The notes below the pieces were generated by a model. The model made no database searches. It saw nothing but the letters and a program-made list of their open reading frames with translations, and was not told where the DNA came from. Below, piece after piece: positions 37,379 to 47,109 of a stretch of 61,807 bases of DNA. The position numbers were made by a program, and so were the translations under genes. Numbering within the stretch: position 1 is the first letter of the stretch; every line of letters begins with the position of its first letter. This DNA comes from Candidatus Bipolaricaulota bacterium (GTDB taxonomy: Bacteria; Bipolaricaulota; Bipolaricaulia; UBA7950; UBA9294). The DNA is taken from contig JBFYQX010000092.1 of the NCBI GenBank assembly GCA_041302525.1, positions 1-61,807 on the forward strand, written 5' to 3'.

Positions 37379-38642
37379 GCTCAACGCGAACCTCGCCGAT
37401 GCGCAGCGGATCCCCGTCATGGTACCCGATGCGGCGCAGCTCCTTGAGTGCACCCATCTTCTCCAAGCGGTCGGTGAGGTACTCGGGCGCGTCGCGCGTG
37501 GAGAGCACGAGCTTGCGGGCCACGTTCTCGACCGAGCGCCCCGAGATGACGAACGCGTCGGCCGCTCGGCTGACCGCGAACCCCGACTCGCCCTCGTAGC
37601 GATAGACCCGCCGGCGGACACTGGTCGGGGCTACGACGTCCCTGGACCGCTCCTCCTCGAGCCTGCGCCACGCGCGTTCGACCAACTCGCGCACCCCGCG
37701 CAGGGTCGCGACCGACACGGGGTGGAGCTCCACGCCGGCCACGGCGAACCGGGCGCGCATCGCCTCGATGGCATCATCCTGCAGAAGATCGCACTTGTTC
37801 CCGGCAACGATCTGCGGTCGTTCGGCCAACGCCGGGTTAAACGCGGCCAGCTCCGCGTTGATCCGCTGCAGATCCTCGACCGGATCTCGTCCGTCGAGCG
37901 CCGCAAGGTCGATCAGGTGGATGAGGACGCGCGTCCGTTCCACGTGGCGAAGGAACCGATCGCCCAGGCCGCGGCCCTTGTGCGCTCCGTCAATCAGTCC
38001 CGGCACGTCGACCGCCACGAACTGGTGCCGGCCGTCGACGTCGACCACGCCGAGATTGGGCACGAGCGTGGTGAACGGGTAGTCGGCGACCTTGGCCCGC
38101 TTGCCGGAGATCGACGAGATCAGGCTCGACTTGCCGACGTTGGGGTATCCGATGATCCCCACGTCAGCGATGAGGCGGAGCTCGAGCTTGAGCGTCCGCG
38201 CTTCGCCAGCCAGCCCACGCTCGCAGAGGCGCGGGGTCGTGCGCGACGGCCCGGCGAAGCTGGAGTTGCCCCGCCCGCCTTCGCCGCCGCGAGCGACGAC
38301 GACCTCGTCCCCGGCCTGCGCCAGGTCAGCGAGCAGCTCGCTCGTCCCCTCGTCCTTGATCACCGTGCCCACCGGAACGTGGACAATGCGGTCCGTACCG
38401 CACGCGCCGGCGCGGTTGTTCTCCCCTCCGCTCCCGCCGTCCTCCGCCTGGAACAGCGGGCGGTTGCGGAACGAGTACAGGGTCGACATGCTGGGGGATG
38501 CCACCAGCACCACGGCCCCGCCGGGGGCGCCGTTGCCCCCGTCCGGTCCGCCGCGCGGATTGTGCCGACTCGAGAGAAAGTGGATGATCCCGCCGCCTCC
38601 GCGTCCGCCACGGACGCGGATGGTTGCTTCATCGACGAACAT
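37368..38642 (-). CDS. obgE: GTPase Obg/CgtA
   Basis: MFVDEA, GGPDGG, ADVGIIGYPNVGKS, YPFTTL.PNLG, DVPGLI, NKCD, C-terminal DUF1967-like domain. Confidence 0.96.
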   Translation of the reverse strand: MFVDEATIRVRGGRGGGGIIHFLSSRHNPRGGPDGGNGAPGGAVVLVASPSMSTLYSFRNRPLFQAEDGGSGGENNRAGACGTDRIVHVPVGTVIKDEGTSELLADLAQAGDEVVVARGGEGGRGNSSFAGPSRTTPRLCERGLAGEARTLKLELRLIADVGIIGYPNVGKSSLISSISGKRAKVADYPFTTLVPNLGVVDVDGRHQFVAVDVPGLIDGAHKGRGLGDRFLRHVERTRVLIHLIDLAALDGRDPVEDLQRINAELAAFNPALAERPQIVAGNKCDLLQDDAIEAMRARFAVAGVELHPVSVATLRGVRELVERAWRRLEEERSRDVVAPTSVRRRVYRYEGESGFAVSRAADAFVISGRSVENVARKLVLSTRDAPEYLTDRLEKMGALKELRRIGYHDGDPLRIGEVRVELAP

Positions 38643-38665
38643 TCGTCGCGGGCCCCCTCAGAGGC

Positions 38666-38926
38666 CTAGTCCCCGGTGTCGGCAGGCAAAACGTTGACGA
38701 TCGTCTTCCCGCGGTTCTCGAAGTGCACGACCCCGGCCACCGTGGCGAAGATGGTGAAGTCCCTCCCAAGTCCCACGTTCTTCCCGGGAGCGTACTTCGT
38801 CCCTCGTTGCCGGACGATGATCGTCCCGGCGTTCACGAACTCACCGCCGAAGCGCTTGACGCCCAGGCGCTGGCCCGGGCTGTCGTGCACGTTCTGCGTT
38901 GAGCCTGTACTGGTCTTGTGCGCCAT
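38666..38926 (-). CDS. rpmA: 50S ribosomal protein L27 (no N-terminal extension)
   Basis: [29 protein letters not shown]; SD AAGGAG. Confidence 0.96.
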   Translation of the reverse strand: MAHKTSTGSTQNVHDSPGQRLGVKRFGGEFVNAGTIIVRQRGTKYAPGKNVGLGRDFTIFATVAGVVHFENRGKTIVNVLPADTGD

Positions 38927-38936
38927 CTTGGACTCC

Positions 38937-39281
38937 TTACAGCACTTCCACGCCCACGGTTTCTTCGTGGAGGGTCACATTCTTCGCATGGTTGCGCTCG
39001 ACGATGCGGAACCCGACCACCAGGGTCTCGAGGATCGCGTCCAGCTCGCGATCAAGGTGCGGGTCCCCGCGATCCACGACGAGCGTCATGTCCGACCCGA
39101 GCGACGTCTCGGCCGGCACGTGGAGGTACTCGGTGAGGCTTGTCGCAGCGGCCTCGAGTAGTGTCGAGAGGACCGCGCCCAACGTGGTCACCGGCCGCAC
39201 GCCGCGGACCACCACGCCCACCACCCGGTTTGACTCGTCGCGCTGTACGACGATCTCGCCCAACGTCGTCCCCCTACTCAC
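38937..39281 (-). CDS. Prp/YsxB (DUF464)-like protein lacking the catalytic His/Cys
   Basis: Syntenic position between rplU and rpmA, about 110 aa, C-terminal [17 protein letters not shown] pattern; contains no Cys. Confidence 0.7.
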   Translation of the reverse strand: MSRGTTLGEIVVQRDESNRVVGVVVRGVRPVTTLGAVLSTLLEAAATSLTEYLHVPAETSLGSDMTLVVDRGDPHLDRELDAILETLVVGFRIVERNHAKNVTLHEETVGVEVL

Positions 39282-39588
39282 CGATCGCCACGATGCGGGT
39301 CACCATGAACCCCTGTCGATGGCCTTGTTTCCTTCGGTAGCCCTTCTTCGGCTTGTACTTGTAGACGATGATCTTGTCGCCCCGGCCGGTGGACTTGACC
39401 TCGCCGGTCACCGTCACGCCAGAGAGGTAGGGAGTCCCGACCCGGACGCCTGCCTCCGACACCAGGAGCAGAACCTTGTCGAACTGGACCGTCGCGCCGA
39501 CGTCGACCTGGGGCAACAGCTCGTGCTCCAGGTCCATTCCCTGCTCCACTCGGTACTGCCTGCCACACGTCTCAATGACTGCGTACAT
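39274..39588 (-). CDS. rplU: 50S ribosomal protein L21
   Basis: MYAVIETCGRQYRV, KIIVYKYKPKKGYRRKQGHRQ. Confidence 0.97.
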   Translation of the reverse strand: MYAVIETCGRQYRVEQGMDLEHELLPQVDVGATVQFDKVLLLVSEAGVRVGTPYLSGVTVTGEVKSTGRGDKIIVYKYKPKKGYRRKQGHRQGFMVTRIVAIGE

Positions 39589-39641
39589 CTTTCACCCCAA
39601 TCGAGAGCGGATGGTAACGGCCCCGCCGCGACGCTGCAACG

Positions 39642-41624
39642 TCATCCCACCGTGCTGCCGGGCGCGACCGCGCCGTCCGGTGTGACGATCACCGGGGACG
39701 GACCCTGCGTAGCGAGAATCATCAGTTCCGATCGGATCCCCCGGATCGTCCGCGGGGCGAGGTTTGCCACGACCACGACCGACCTGCCGACCAGGCGATC
39801 CGCCTCGTAAGACCCGCGCAACCCGGCCACGCAGGTGCGCACGTCGTCGCCCACGTCCACAGAGAGTCGCCACAGCTTGTCGGCTCCCTCGACGGGTGCC
39901 ACGTCGCGCACCACGCCGACGCGAAGATCGAGCCGGCGGAACTCGTCGAACGTGATCTCGGCGGCTCCGTCGGCCGCCTCCGCGGTCGGCGCCGCAGCGC
40001 GCGCTTGGCGCGCCTCGACCTTGGCGCGGATCGCCGCGATGTCGATCCGTTCGAGCAAGATCCGCTCGGTCCCGACCCGCCGCCCGGCCATCGGCGTGGC
40101 CAGATCGTTCCAGGTCGGCTGCTCGAATCCGAGCACGCGCAGCACGCGCGTCGCAAACCCTGGCACGTAGGGCAAGAAGAGGAGCGCCAACGTCTTCGCC
40201 ACGCTGATGCTCCCGACAATGCCCGTCGGGTCGTCAGTCGCCCAGGGCTTGTGCCGCTGGACGTAGACGTTGCCGAACACGGCGAGATCGCAGGCCGCGC
40301 GAAGGGCCTGGCCGAGGAGCCCGTCGGCGACGGCCTTCTCGTACGACGCGACCGTTGCGCGCACGCGTTCGGCAACCTCCGCGTCGAGGTCCGCCACCGG
40401 GACCACGCCGCCGGCGCGGGTCTGCACGAGCGCCACAACGCGGTTGATGAGGTTGGCGACGTTCGAGATGAGGATGCCGTTGACGGCCTTCTCCAGCTCC
40501 TCGTAGGAGAAGTCGACGTCGCGCGACTCGGGGCGGTTGTAGAGCAGGTAGAAGCGCCACAACTCGCCGTCCATCACCTCGAGGGCGTCATCGCAGTACA
40601 GGCCGACGCCGCGCGTCTTGGAGAAGCTGTCGCCGCCAATCCAGTTCAGGTACTCGGTCGCGGCGATCTGGTCCGGCAGATGGTAGCCCCGGCCCGAAGC
40701 GATCAACTGGCCTGGGAAGATGAGCGAGTGAAACGGAATGTTGTCCTTGCCGATCGTGTAGATCTGGAAGACGTCGTCGCCGAACCAGTAGTCCTTCCAC
40801 TCGGGCGCCGCGGCGAAGTGCTCGATCACGGCAGACACATACCCCAACGCCGCCTCGCCCCAGACGTAGATCACCTTGCCCTCCGCGCCGACGAACGGCG
40901 CGGGGATGCCCCAGTCGATGTCGCGGGTCATCGCGCGTGGCCGGAGGCCCTCGTCGATCATCTGCTGCGTGAACCGGCGCACGTTGCCCTGGAAATCGCG
41001 CTCGGCGACATACGCGCGCAAGGCCGGTGCCAGCTTCGGCAGGTCAAGGTACCAGTGCTTCGTCTGGCGGAACTCGATCTCGCCTGAGCCGCAGGAGCTG
41101 CAGACCGGGTCTAGGAGCTCTTCGGGCTCGAGGATCGTCCCGCAGGCGTCGCACTGGTCGCCCAGCGCGTGTGGCGACCGGCAGCGCGGGCACGTCCCGC
41201 TGATGAAACGGTCGGCGAGGAAGCGCTGGCACTGCCGGCAGTACGCGCGCGACTCGAGCTGCGTCGTGATGTACCCGTTCTTCTCGATGTCCAGGTAGAT
41301 GCCCCGCACAAACTCCTTGTGCGTCGGGCACTCGGTGGTCGTGTAGTTGTCGAACGCAATGCCGAAGGCCTCAAGGATCCGGCAGATGCCGTCGTGGGTC
41401 TGTGTCGCCAACTCGCTCGGCGTGATGCCGCGCTTGCGCGCCTCGAACTCGATCTTCGTGCCGTGCGCGTCGGTCCCGGAGACGTAGAGCACGTCCATGC
41501 CGCGCAGCCGGTAGTAGCGCGCGAACACGTCGCCAGACAACAGGGACCCCACCAGGTTCCCGAGATGCGGGAGCCCGGACGCGTACGGCCACGCACTGCA
41601 TACGAGGACACGCTGTCTTTTCAC
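39642..41624 (-). CDS. metG: Methionyl-tRNA synthetase with C-terminal tRNA-binding domain
   Basis: PY.SG.PHLGN, two Zn knuckles, IGKDNIPFH, FSKT.G, C-terminal DLRVG...RS..MIL OB domain. Confidence 0.96.
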   Translation of the reverse strand: MKRQRVLVCSAWPYASGLPHLGNLVGSLLSGDVFARYYRLRGMDVLYVSGTDAHGTKIEFEARKRGITPSELATQTHDGICRILEAFGIAFDNYTTTECPTHKEFVRGIYLDIEKNGYITTQLESRAYCRQCQRFLADRFISGTCPRCRSPHALGDQCDACGTILEPEELLDPVCSSCGSGEIEFRQTKHWYLDLPKLAPALRAYVAERDFQGNVRRFTQQMIDEGLRPRAMTRDIDWGIPAPFVGAEGKVIYVWGEAALGYVSAVIEHFAAAPEWKDYWFGDDVFQIYTIGKDNIPFHSLIFPGQLIASGRGYHLPDQIAATEYLNWIGGDSFSKTRGVGLYCDDALEVMDGELWRFYLLYNRPESRDVDFSYEELEKAVNGILISNVANLINRVVALVQTRAGGVVPVADLDAEVAERVRATVASYEKAVADGLLGQALRAACDLAVFGNVYVQRHKPWATDDPTGIVGSISVAKTLALLFLPYVPGFATRVLRVLGFEQPTWNDLATPMAGRRVGTERILLERIDIAAIRAKVEARQARAAAPTAEAADGAAEITFDEFRRLDLRVGVVRDVAPVEGADKLWRLSVDVGDDVRTCVAGLRGSYEADRLVGRSVVVVANLAPRTIRGIRSELMILATQGPSPVIVTPDGAVAPGSTVG

Positions 41625-41658
41625 GAACGGGATCTCCTTCGGCGTGCGAACGACGGCG

Positions 41659-41727
41659 ATTATAGCTGCGACGTCCCAAGCGGCAAACGCAAGAACCCTT
41701 GCGCGCGCGCCTCGCGGCCGGTATACC
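41659..41727. promoter_or_regulatory. Divergent promoters for metG (-) and the MoaD-like gene (+)
   Basis: Minus strand: TTGCCG-16-TATAAT (41686-41659). Plus strand: TTGCGC-17-TATACC (41699-41727). Confidence 0.55.
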
Positions 41728-41737
41728 TGGTCTCGGG

Positions 41738-42049
41738 ATGAACAAGGAGAGAGAGGTTCCGCCCTGCGCTGAGGGGCTGGTCACCGTGCGCGTGTTCGGC
41801 GGGCTGCGCGACCTCGCCTCCAGCGCCCCGCTCGCCTACCCTGCCGCCGACACCCCGACGCTGGCTCGGCTGCTCGCGCGCATGGGCGGCGAACAGCCCG
41901 CGCTTGCGGCCGCGTTGCGCGAGGGCCTCGCCGACGGCTACCTCAACACGCTCGTCAACGGGCGCAACGCGCGCTTCCTCGCGGGGGACGACACCCCGCT
42001 CGCCGCAGGCGATGTCGTCGCATTCCTTCCGCCCATCGGGGGCGGCTGA
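41738..42049 (+). CDS. MoaD/ThiS/SAMP ubiquitin-like protein
   Basis: VRVFGGLRD, LVNGRN...L..GD.VAFLPPIGGG C-terminus. Confidence 0.9.
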   Translation: MNKEREVPPCAEGLVTVRVFGGLRDLASSAPLAYPAADTPTLARLLARMGGEQPALAAALREGLADGYLNTLVNGRNARFLAGDDTPLAAGDVVAFLPPIGGG

Positions 42050-42051
42050 GC

Positions 42052-45000
42052 CTAGCGCTCGAAGTCAATCGCCACCGTCATCTCGAGGACCAGCCCGTGG
42101 TAGGGTGGCACCGCCGTGCGCATGCCCCCGCGGTACGTGGCCCCGAGCGACAGGCTCCATGTGGGAGAGAGCCGCAGGTCGGCCGTCAGGCCCGCGCGCC
42201 AGGTCGCATCGTCCTTGTCGTTCTGTCGCCGCCACTCCCCGCCCGCGTCGCTGCGCAGCAGGACCGTGGGCACGAACCCCGCGGCCTCCACGGCCGAGGG
42301 TCGTCGCGTCGTCGACGCAGCCGGCGCCGACTCCACATCCCGTGGTGACTCGGCGTCGACGACGTCGGCAGTCGGCTCGGCCTCACTAGGCGCGCGCGCC
42401 GGTGCATCGTCGTTCTCGCCGCGCGCTGCCATCCAGCCGCGCACCAGCGCGGTGATGTCTCGCGAGTATGAGTTCGTCACGCTGAGGTTGGCTGCGCCGC
42501 TTGCCTCGAGCCGCGCCGTGGCGGCCAAGGTCTCCGAGGTTCCGTCAGGGCCGGACCACGACACACGCCCCGTCAGCGTGTGCGTCGTCTTTGCCTTCGA
42601 TCCCTGGCCCTCGACCTGCGTCACGGTGCGCGTTGCGTTGTAGTTCAGGGACGGTCGCAGATCGGCGATCCCCGAGTACGTGAACGACGACGTCAGCCGC
42701 TCCGTCCATCGCACCACGCGCGATCCGATGCCCGACACGTCCACGGAAGCGGTCGCGCGTGCCGTCATGTCGGGGCCGTTGAGGCGCGCCCCGAGACGGC
42801 CCGAGACGGCACTCACGCGGTCCTCGTGCTCGCCTTCGAGGTCCAACGTCGGGGCGAGCGACCACTCCCCGGACGCGATCGGATCGATCGTGAACGAGAG
42901 CGTCGCCGCGTGACTCAACGCCACGTCCCCGCCCGGCAACGCCCGCCCTCCGGTGAGGTCGTAGCCCGCAGCAATTCCCAACGAGCCGGCGTCGAACGCG
43001 CCGTCGGTCGTCCACGTCAGCCGGTCGCTGCCCGACGCCGAAGCGCCGACGATCCGCACGGGGCGGCGCCAGGTCCAGCTCGTCTCAACGCCCGGCAGGA
43101 TGTCGAGCGAAGCCCGCGTCGAGAGCGTCGTGTCCCGGCGCGGCGCAAGCGACTCGCTCCAGGACACCCTCTCGTCCCATCCGATCGACAGCTCCAAGGC
43201 CTTCTCGAAGAACGAGTGATCGATCCCCACGTTGTAGGCCACAGCGCTCCGCTCGTATCCCGGCCGCGCCGCGTTGTCCTCGACCGTGTAGTCGATGGCG
43301 AACGTCAGCTTCGGCCCCATCGTGGTGCGGAACGTGAGCCCCTGCTCAGCGAGGGTTCTGGCGTCCACCGACCCGACGTGCGACATCCGCACCTCGTGGG
43401 TGAAGGAAAGCGAGCTTGTCGCCCCAAGATCGAGGTCCGACGCGAACGTCCAGCCGCCGTCGTTCGAGCGACTCCGCGCGTCGATGGCGCGGAATCCGGG
43501 CAGCGTTCGGTTGACGCTTGCTGCGACCGAGTACCCGTCTCCCTGGTGCGAGAACGACCCGCGCGCCATCCAGCCGGTCGTCGTGTGCTCGTCGGCCGGC
43601 GCGTCGGTGTACACGCGCGGGTTCCACGGATCGATGCCCGTCGTCGCCGCATCGTAGACTGCCTCGCCCGCAGAGAGACGACCGACGAGCAGCTCGCCCT
43701 CGCCGGTGCCGCTCGTCCCAACCCAGAGCCGGTCGGCCTCTGCGCCAAGCGCAGTGACCTGCCAGCCGTCAAAGAACCGTGCGCCGTCTGCCACGCGCGC
43801 GACGCCATCGCCGGCCGCGTAGTAGACGTGATCGCCCGCCGCCTCGACCGCTGGGACGGCCTCCCCGCGGATCACCCACTCCGTCTCCGCGCCAGCGACC
43901 ACGGTGCGCAGGCCCTCCGCGCCGGCTGCGTAGAGCACGTCGCCGTGGACAGCGAGGTCCCAGACAGCCGTGGCGGAACCGACCCGCTCCGCCGTCCGCG
44001 TGGCAGGATCAAGGCGGACAAGGCCTTCGGACGTTCCGACGTACAGGGCGCCGGCCGCCACGGCGAGCGCCCGGACCCCGAGCAACGCGGCGTCTTCGTA
44101 CGACGTCCACGCGTCCGGGTCGGCAACGGCCGCCGTGGGGACAGCAGACAGCCCCGCATCGGTGCCGATCCACAGGGTGTCGCCGTCGAGGGCGAGGGCG
44201 CGGATCGAATCCTCGAGAAGGCCCTGGCGCTCGCCGTAGCGCGACCAGTTTGCCACCTTGTCAAGCGGCGACACGCCGACCAGGCGCACGATCGTCAGCC
44301 CGCCCTCGGTGCCGAGGTAGACGGCGGACTCATCCAGAGCCACCGCCCGCACCTCGCGGCCGCTCAGACCGGACTGCGACCCGTACGCCTCCCAGGCGCC
44401 GGCGCCGAACACGCTGAAGCCCGTGTCGGTGCCGACGACGACGCGTCCGGCGCCTGCCGCCACGGCCCGGACCTCGTTGGGCGTGCGCACGCGCCCGTTG
44501 TCGTCATAGGGGAAGAGATCGTCGGTGTAGCCAATGTCGACGCTCGCCGAGAGATCCGGACGCGTCCATCGGCCACTGACGCCGACGACGGTCTGTCGAT
44601 TGGGCATGGTCTTGACGCTGTCGGAGTTCTCCACTGAGCCCGTGTCGTCCGACGCCCGCAGCGCGTACCCCGTGAACGACCATTCGGACCCCACGGGGAG
44701 GCTGATCGTGCCGCCGTAGAAAGTCCGTGCGTAGGCACCCGCGCCGCCCGGCCCGCTGTAGCGCTCGAACTCCACGATCAGCGCCTCGTCGGGGCCGATG
44801 TCGACAAGCAGCGCGAGCATTCCGAACTCATAGTCGAGCGTGTAGTCGGTATCGCGGACGAGGGATCGGCCGGCGAGGACCACCCGTTCGCTTCCCGGGA
44901 TGACGGACGCGCCGAGGAAGTAGATGCCGCCAACCACTTTGTAGGCGAACTGGACGCGCAGCGCAGCGTCTGGATCCGCGAAGAAGCTCTCGGGGAAGCT

Positions 45001-46119
45001 CACGTCGAGCAACCCCTCCGCGGCGCGCACCCGGAAGGAGTAGTCGCTGAGCCGTGGGTCGTCGGTCGAGACGTACTCGCCATCGCGGCGAACCTCAACG
45101 CGCACCGTCTCGGGCTCGACGCGTTCCTGACCAAGATCGAAGAATCGACGGAAGCGTAGTTCGCCGAGCGACCGCGCCTCGGATCCGACGCGGAGCGCAG
45201 TCCGCGCCACGAGCGCGGCGAGGAAGTCCTGCTCCACGCCGCTTCCGCTGACGAATGGGTACGTCAGCGCCTCGCCCGAACCGGTCGCGTTGTAGACGCG
45301 GAGCGCCTCGCGTAGGGTCTCGCGCACCGCCTGCGTGGGCTCGACCCGCAGGATGAGCGACTGCGTGTCGCTCCCCGACTCGCCCTCGCCGACCACGAGT
45401 GCCTCGTGGCTGTCCACGAGCCGTCCATCGAACGCAGACAGGGTCTTGATCAGATCGGCGACACCGAACTGCGTCATGATGGCGCTCGCCTCGCCGGGTT
45501 CGAGGTCGAGACGGATCTCGGTGAAGCCCTCCGCGTACAACTCCTTGAGGTCCACGTAGCCGAAGCCCCGTAGGCTGGTCGCGTACGAGACGCCCTCATC
45601 GCCCGACGCCCCGGCGAACACCTCCTCGCCGAACGCCAGCTCGCCGACAAACTGCCGCGACGCGCGGGTGCCGGATACCTGGGAGACGATCGCCAACGCC
45701 GAGCCCTGATCCCACAATGCGTCAACGCGCGCCCCTATCATCGTCCGGCTGCCGGCAAAGAACCCGCCCAGGCTGGGCGCGGTGAAGTCGCCGAGGACGC
45801 CCTGGACGTGCTCGGTGTCCAAGTACAGGGACAACGACTGCATGTCAGTCGGCTCCTGATCATCGAAGTGGCCTACGACGCGGAAGATGTCGAGCGCCGT
45901 CGCCGTGAAGTCGACGCGCAGCGTCTGATCAAGCTCGAACTGGCCTGCGCCGATCGACGCGCCGGCCAGGGCCAGAGGGTCGCCCAGTCCGAACCGCACC
46001 GTCCACGTCTTGCGTCCGTCGAGGTCCACGTTCAGGGAGTCCGTTTGCGTCGCCTGCTGCGCCCAACCGAGCGACCCCATCACGATGACCCACAGCGCCA
46101 GGATCACGCACGTCCTCAT
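42052..46119 (-). CDS. Large exported SprA/Sov-like beta-barrel protein with internal beta-propeller
   Basis: Signal peptide; FFDLG and LGASVIPGSERVVLAGRSLVRDTDYTLDYEFG (SprA-type motifs); WIGTDAGL/LYVGT.EGL repeats; long C-terminal run of amphipathic strands ending VAIDFER. Confidence 0.7.
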   Translation of the reverse strand: MRTCVILALWVIVMGSLGWAQQATQTDSLNVDLDGRKTWTVRFGLGDPLALAGASIGAGQFELDQTLRVDFTATALDIFRVVGHFDDQEPTDMQSLSLYLDTEHVQGVLGDFTAPSLGGFFAGSRTMIGARVDALWDQGSALAIVSQVSGTRASRQFVGELAFGEEVFAGASGDEGVSYATSLRGFGYVDLKELYAEGFTEIRLDLEPGEASAIMTQFGVADLIKTLSAFDGRLVDSHEALVVGEGESGSDTQSLILRVEPTQAVRETLREALRVYNATGSGEALTYPFVSGSGVEQDFLAALVARTALRVGSEARSLGELRFRRFFDLGQERVEPETVRVEVRRDGEYVSTDDPRLSDYSFRVRAAEGLLDVSFPESFFADPDAALRVQFAYKVVGGIYFLGASVIPGSERVVLAGRSLVRDTDYTLDYEFGMLALLVDIGPDEALIVEFERYSGPGGAGAYARTFYGGTISLPVGSEWSFTGYALRASDDTGSVENSDSVKTMPNRQTVVGVSGRWTRPDLSASVDIGYTDDLFPYDDNGRVRTPNEVRAVAAGAGRVVVGTDTGFSVFGAGAWEAYGSQSGLSGREVRAVALDESAVYLGTEGGLTIVRLVGVSPLDKVANWSRYGERQGLLEDSIRALALDGDTLWIGTDAGLSAVPTAAVADPDAWTSYEDAALLGVRALAVAAGALYVGTSEGLVRLDPATRTAERVGSATAVWDLAVHGDVLYAAGAEGLRTVVAGAETEWVIRGEAVPAVEAAGDHVYYAAGDGVARVADGARFFDGWQVTALGAEADRLWVGTSGTGEGELLVGRLSAGEAVYDAATTGIDPWNPRVYTDAPADEHTTTGWMARGSFSHQGDGYSVAASVNRTLPGFRAIDARSRSNDGGWTFASDLDLGATSSLSFTHEVRMSHVGSVDARTLAEQGLTFRTTMGPKLTFAIDYTVEDNAARPGYERSAVAYNVGIDHSFFEKALELSIGWDERVSWSESLAPRRDTTLSTRASLDILPGVETSWTWRRPVRIVGASASGSDRLTWTTDGAFDAGSLGIAAGYDLTGGRALPGGDVALSHAATLSFTIDPIASGEWSLAPTLDLEGEHEDRVSAVSGRLGARLNGPDMTARATASVDVSGIGSRVVRWTERLTSSFTYSGIADLRPSLNYNATRTVTQVEGQGSKAKTTHTLTGRVSWSGPDGTSETLAATARLEASGAANLSVTNSYSRDITALVRGWMAARGENDDAPARAPSEAEPTADVVDAESPRDVESAPAASTTRRPSAVEAAGFVPTVLLRSDAGGEWRRQNDKDDATWRAGLTADLRLSPTWSLSLGATYRGGMRTAVPPYHGLVLEMTVAIDFER

Positions 46120-47087
46120 CTGGATCCTTCACCTCCGCCCGACAACACCCACTGCAGGGAAACCCGGTGACTCACCCCAAGGTCGGAGCGTACAACGGAA
46201 CACCAGTCGAGCTCCACCCGGCGCGCCGCGACCGACGCGCCCAAGGTCCATCCAGCGCCGTCCCAACCCCATCGCCCCGCGAGTCTGCCCAACGAGATCT
46301 CCATGCCGCCCACCAGGCGGCTCGTCCCGCTCAGGGCCTCGACCCAATCGAGCGCCCCCTGCAAGCGAACCTGAGATGACAGCGCTACCTGCGCCCCCAC
46401 GCCCAGGGACAGCGAGCGCGCCCAGTCCTCGCGCCGATCGCGGTCGAAGAGCATCCCCGAGGAAAGCAGGGCGTCCACCATGACGCCGACGCGGACGACG
46501 CCGAGCTCCGCGGCCATCCCGACGTCGGCGGCCCATCCGTTTGCCGAGAACGGCGCCCCCACGTGCAGATAGCGCCACTGCGCCCCGACACCGAACGCGC
46601 CAAACGCCGCGCCCGCCCCGCAAGACAGGCCCTGGGAGGCAAAGCGCAGCGGGTCCTCGCCGGAGACGATCCATCCGGAGTCCAGGACCGCAGCCGCGAC
46701 GGCCACGTGCGGAGCCGACAACGCGAACGACGTGTAGCTCGCAGCGCCGAACTGATCTGCGTAAAGCGACTCAAGATGGACCTGCTCAGTCCAGGCCAGC
46801 AGCGCGGGGTTCAGGCCCGCGCTCGCCTCGCCAAGAACGGCCACCGACGCCCCGCCCATCCCGAGCAGGCGCGCCGAGCCCCCAAGGTCGAACATCGCCG
46901 CGGCGCCGCCCGCCGCAGCGCTCGGGCGCCCCAGTCCGACAAGCGCGAGGCACGCCAAGAAGGCGCAGTGCCGCAGCGCACGAGCAGATCGGCTCTCGGC
47001 TCCTCGCGCCGCAGAGCCCCGGAAGGGCAAGGCGGCTGCCACCGCACCGGCTTCGCAGAACGCACGCCCAGCTCGCAGAGATCTCAC
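46116..47087 (-). CDS. PorV/PorQ-like (FadL-type) outer-membrane barrel, copy B
   Basis: SD GAGGAGG; GGSARLLGMGGASVAV...NPALLAW motif; LGVSHRVSL terminus. Confidence 0.75.
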   Translation of the reverse strand: MRSLRAGRAFCEAGAVAAALPFRGSAARGAESRSARALRHCAFLACLALVGLGRPSAAAGGAAAMFDLGGSARLLGMGGASVAVLGEASAGLNPALLAWTEQVHLESLYADQFGAASYTSFALSAPHVAVAAAVLDSGWIVSGEDPLRFASQGLSCGAGAAFGAFGVGAQWRYLHVGAPFSANGWAADVGMAAELGVVRVGVMVDALLSSGMLFDRDRREDWARSLSLGVGAQVALSSQVRLQGALDWVEALSGTSRLVGGMEISLGRLAGRWGWDGAGWTLGASVAARRVELDWCSVVRSDLGVSHRVSLQWVLSGGGEGSR

Positions 47088-47109
47088 CTTGCCTCCTCAC
47101 CCCGTGCCA

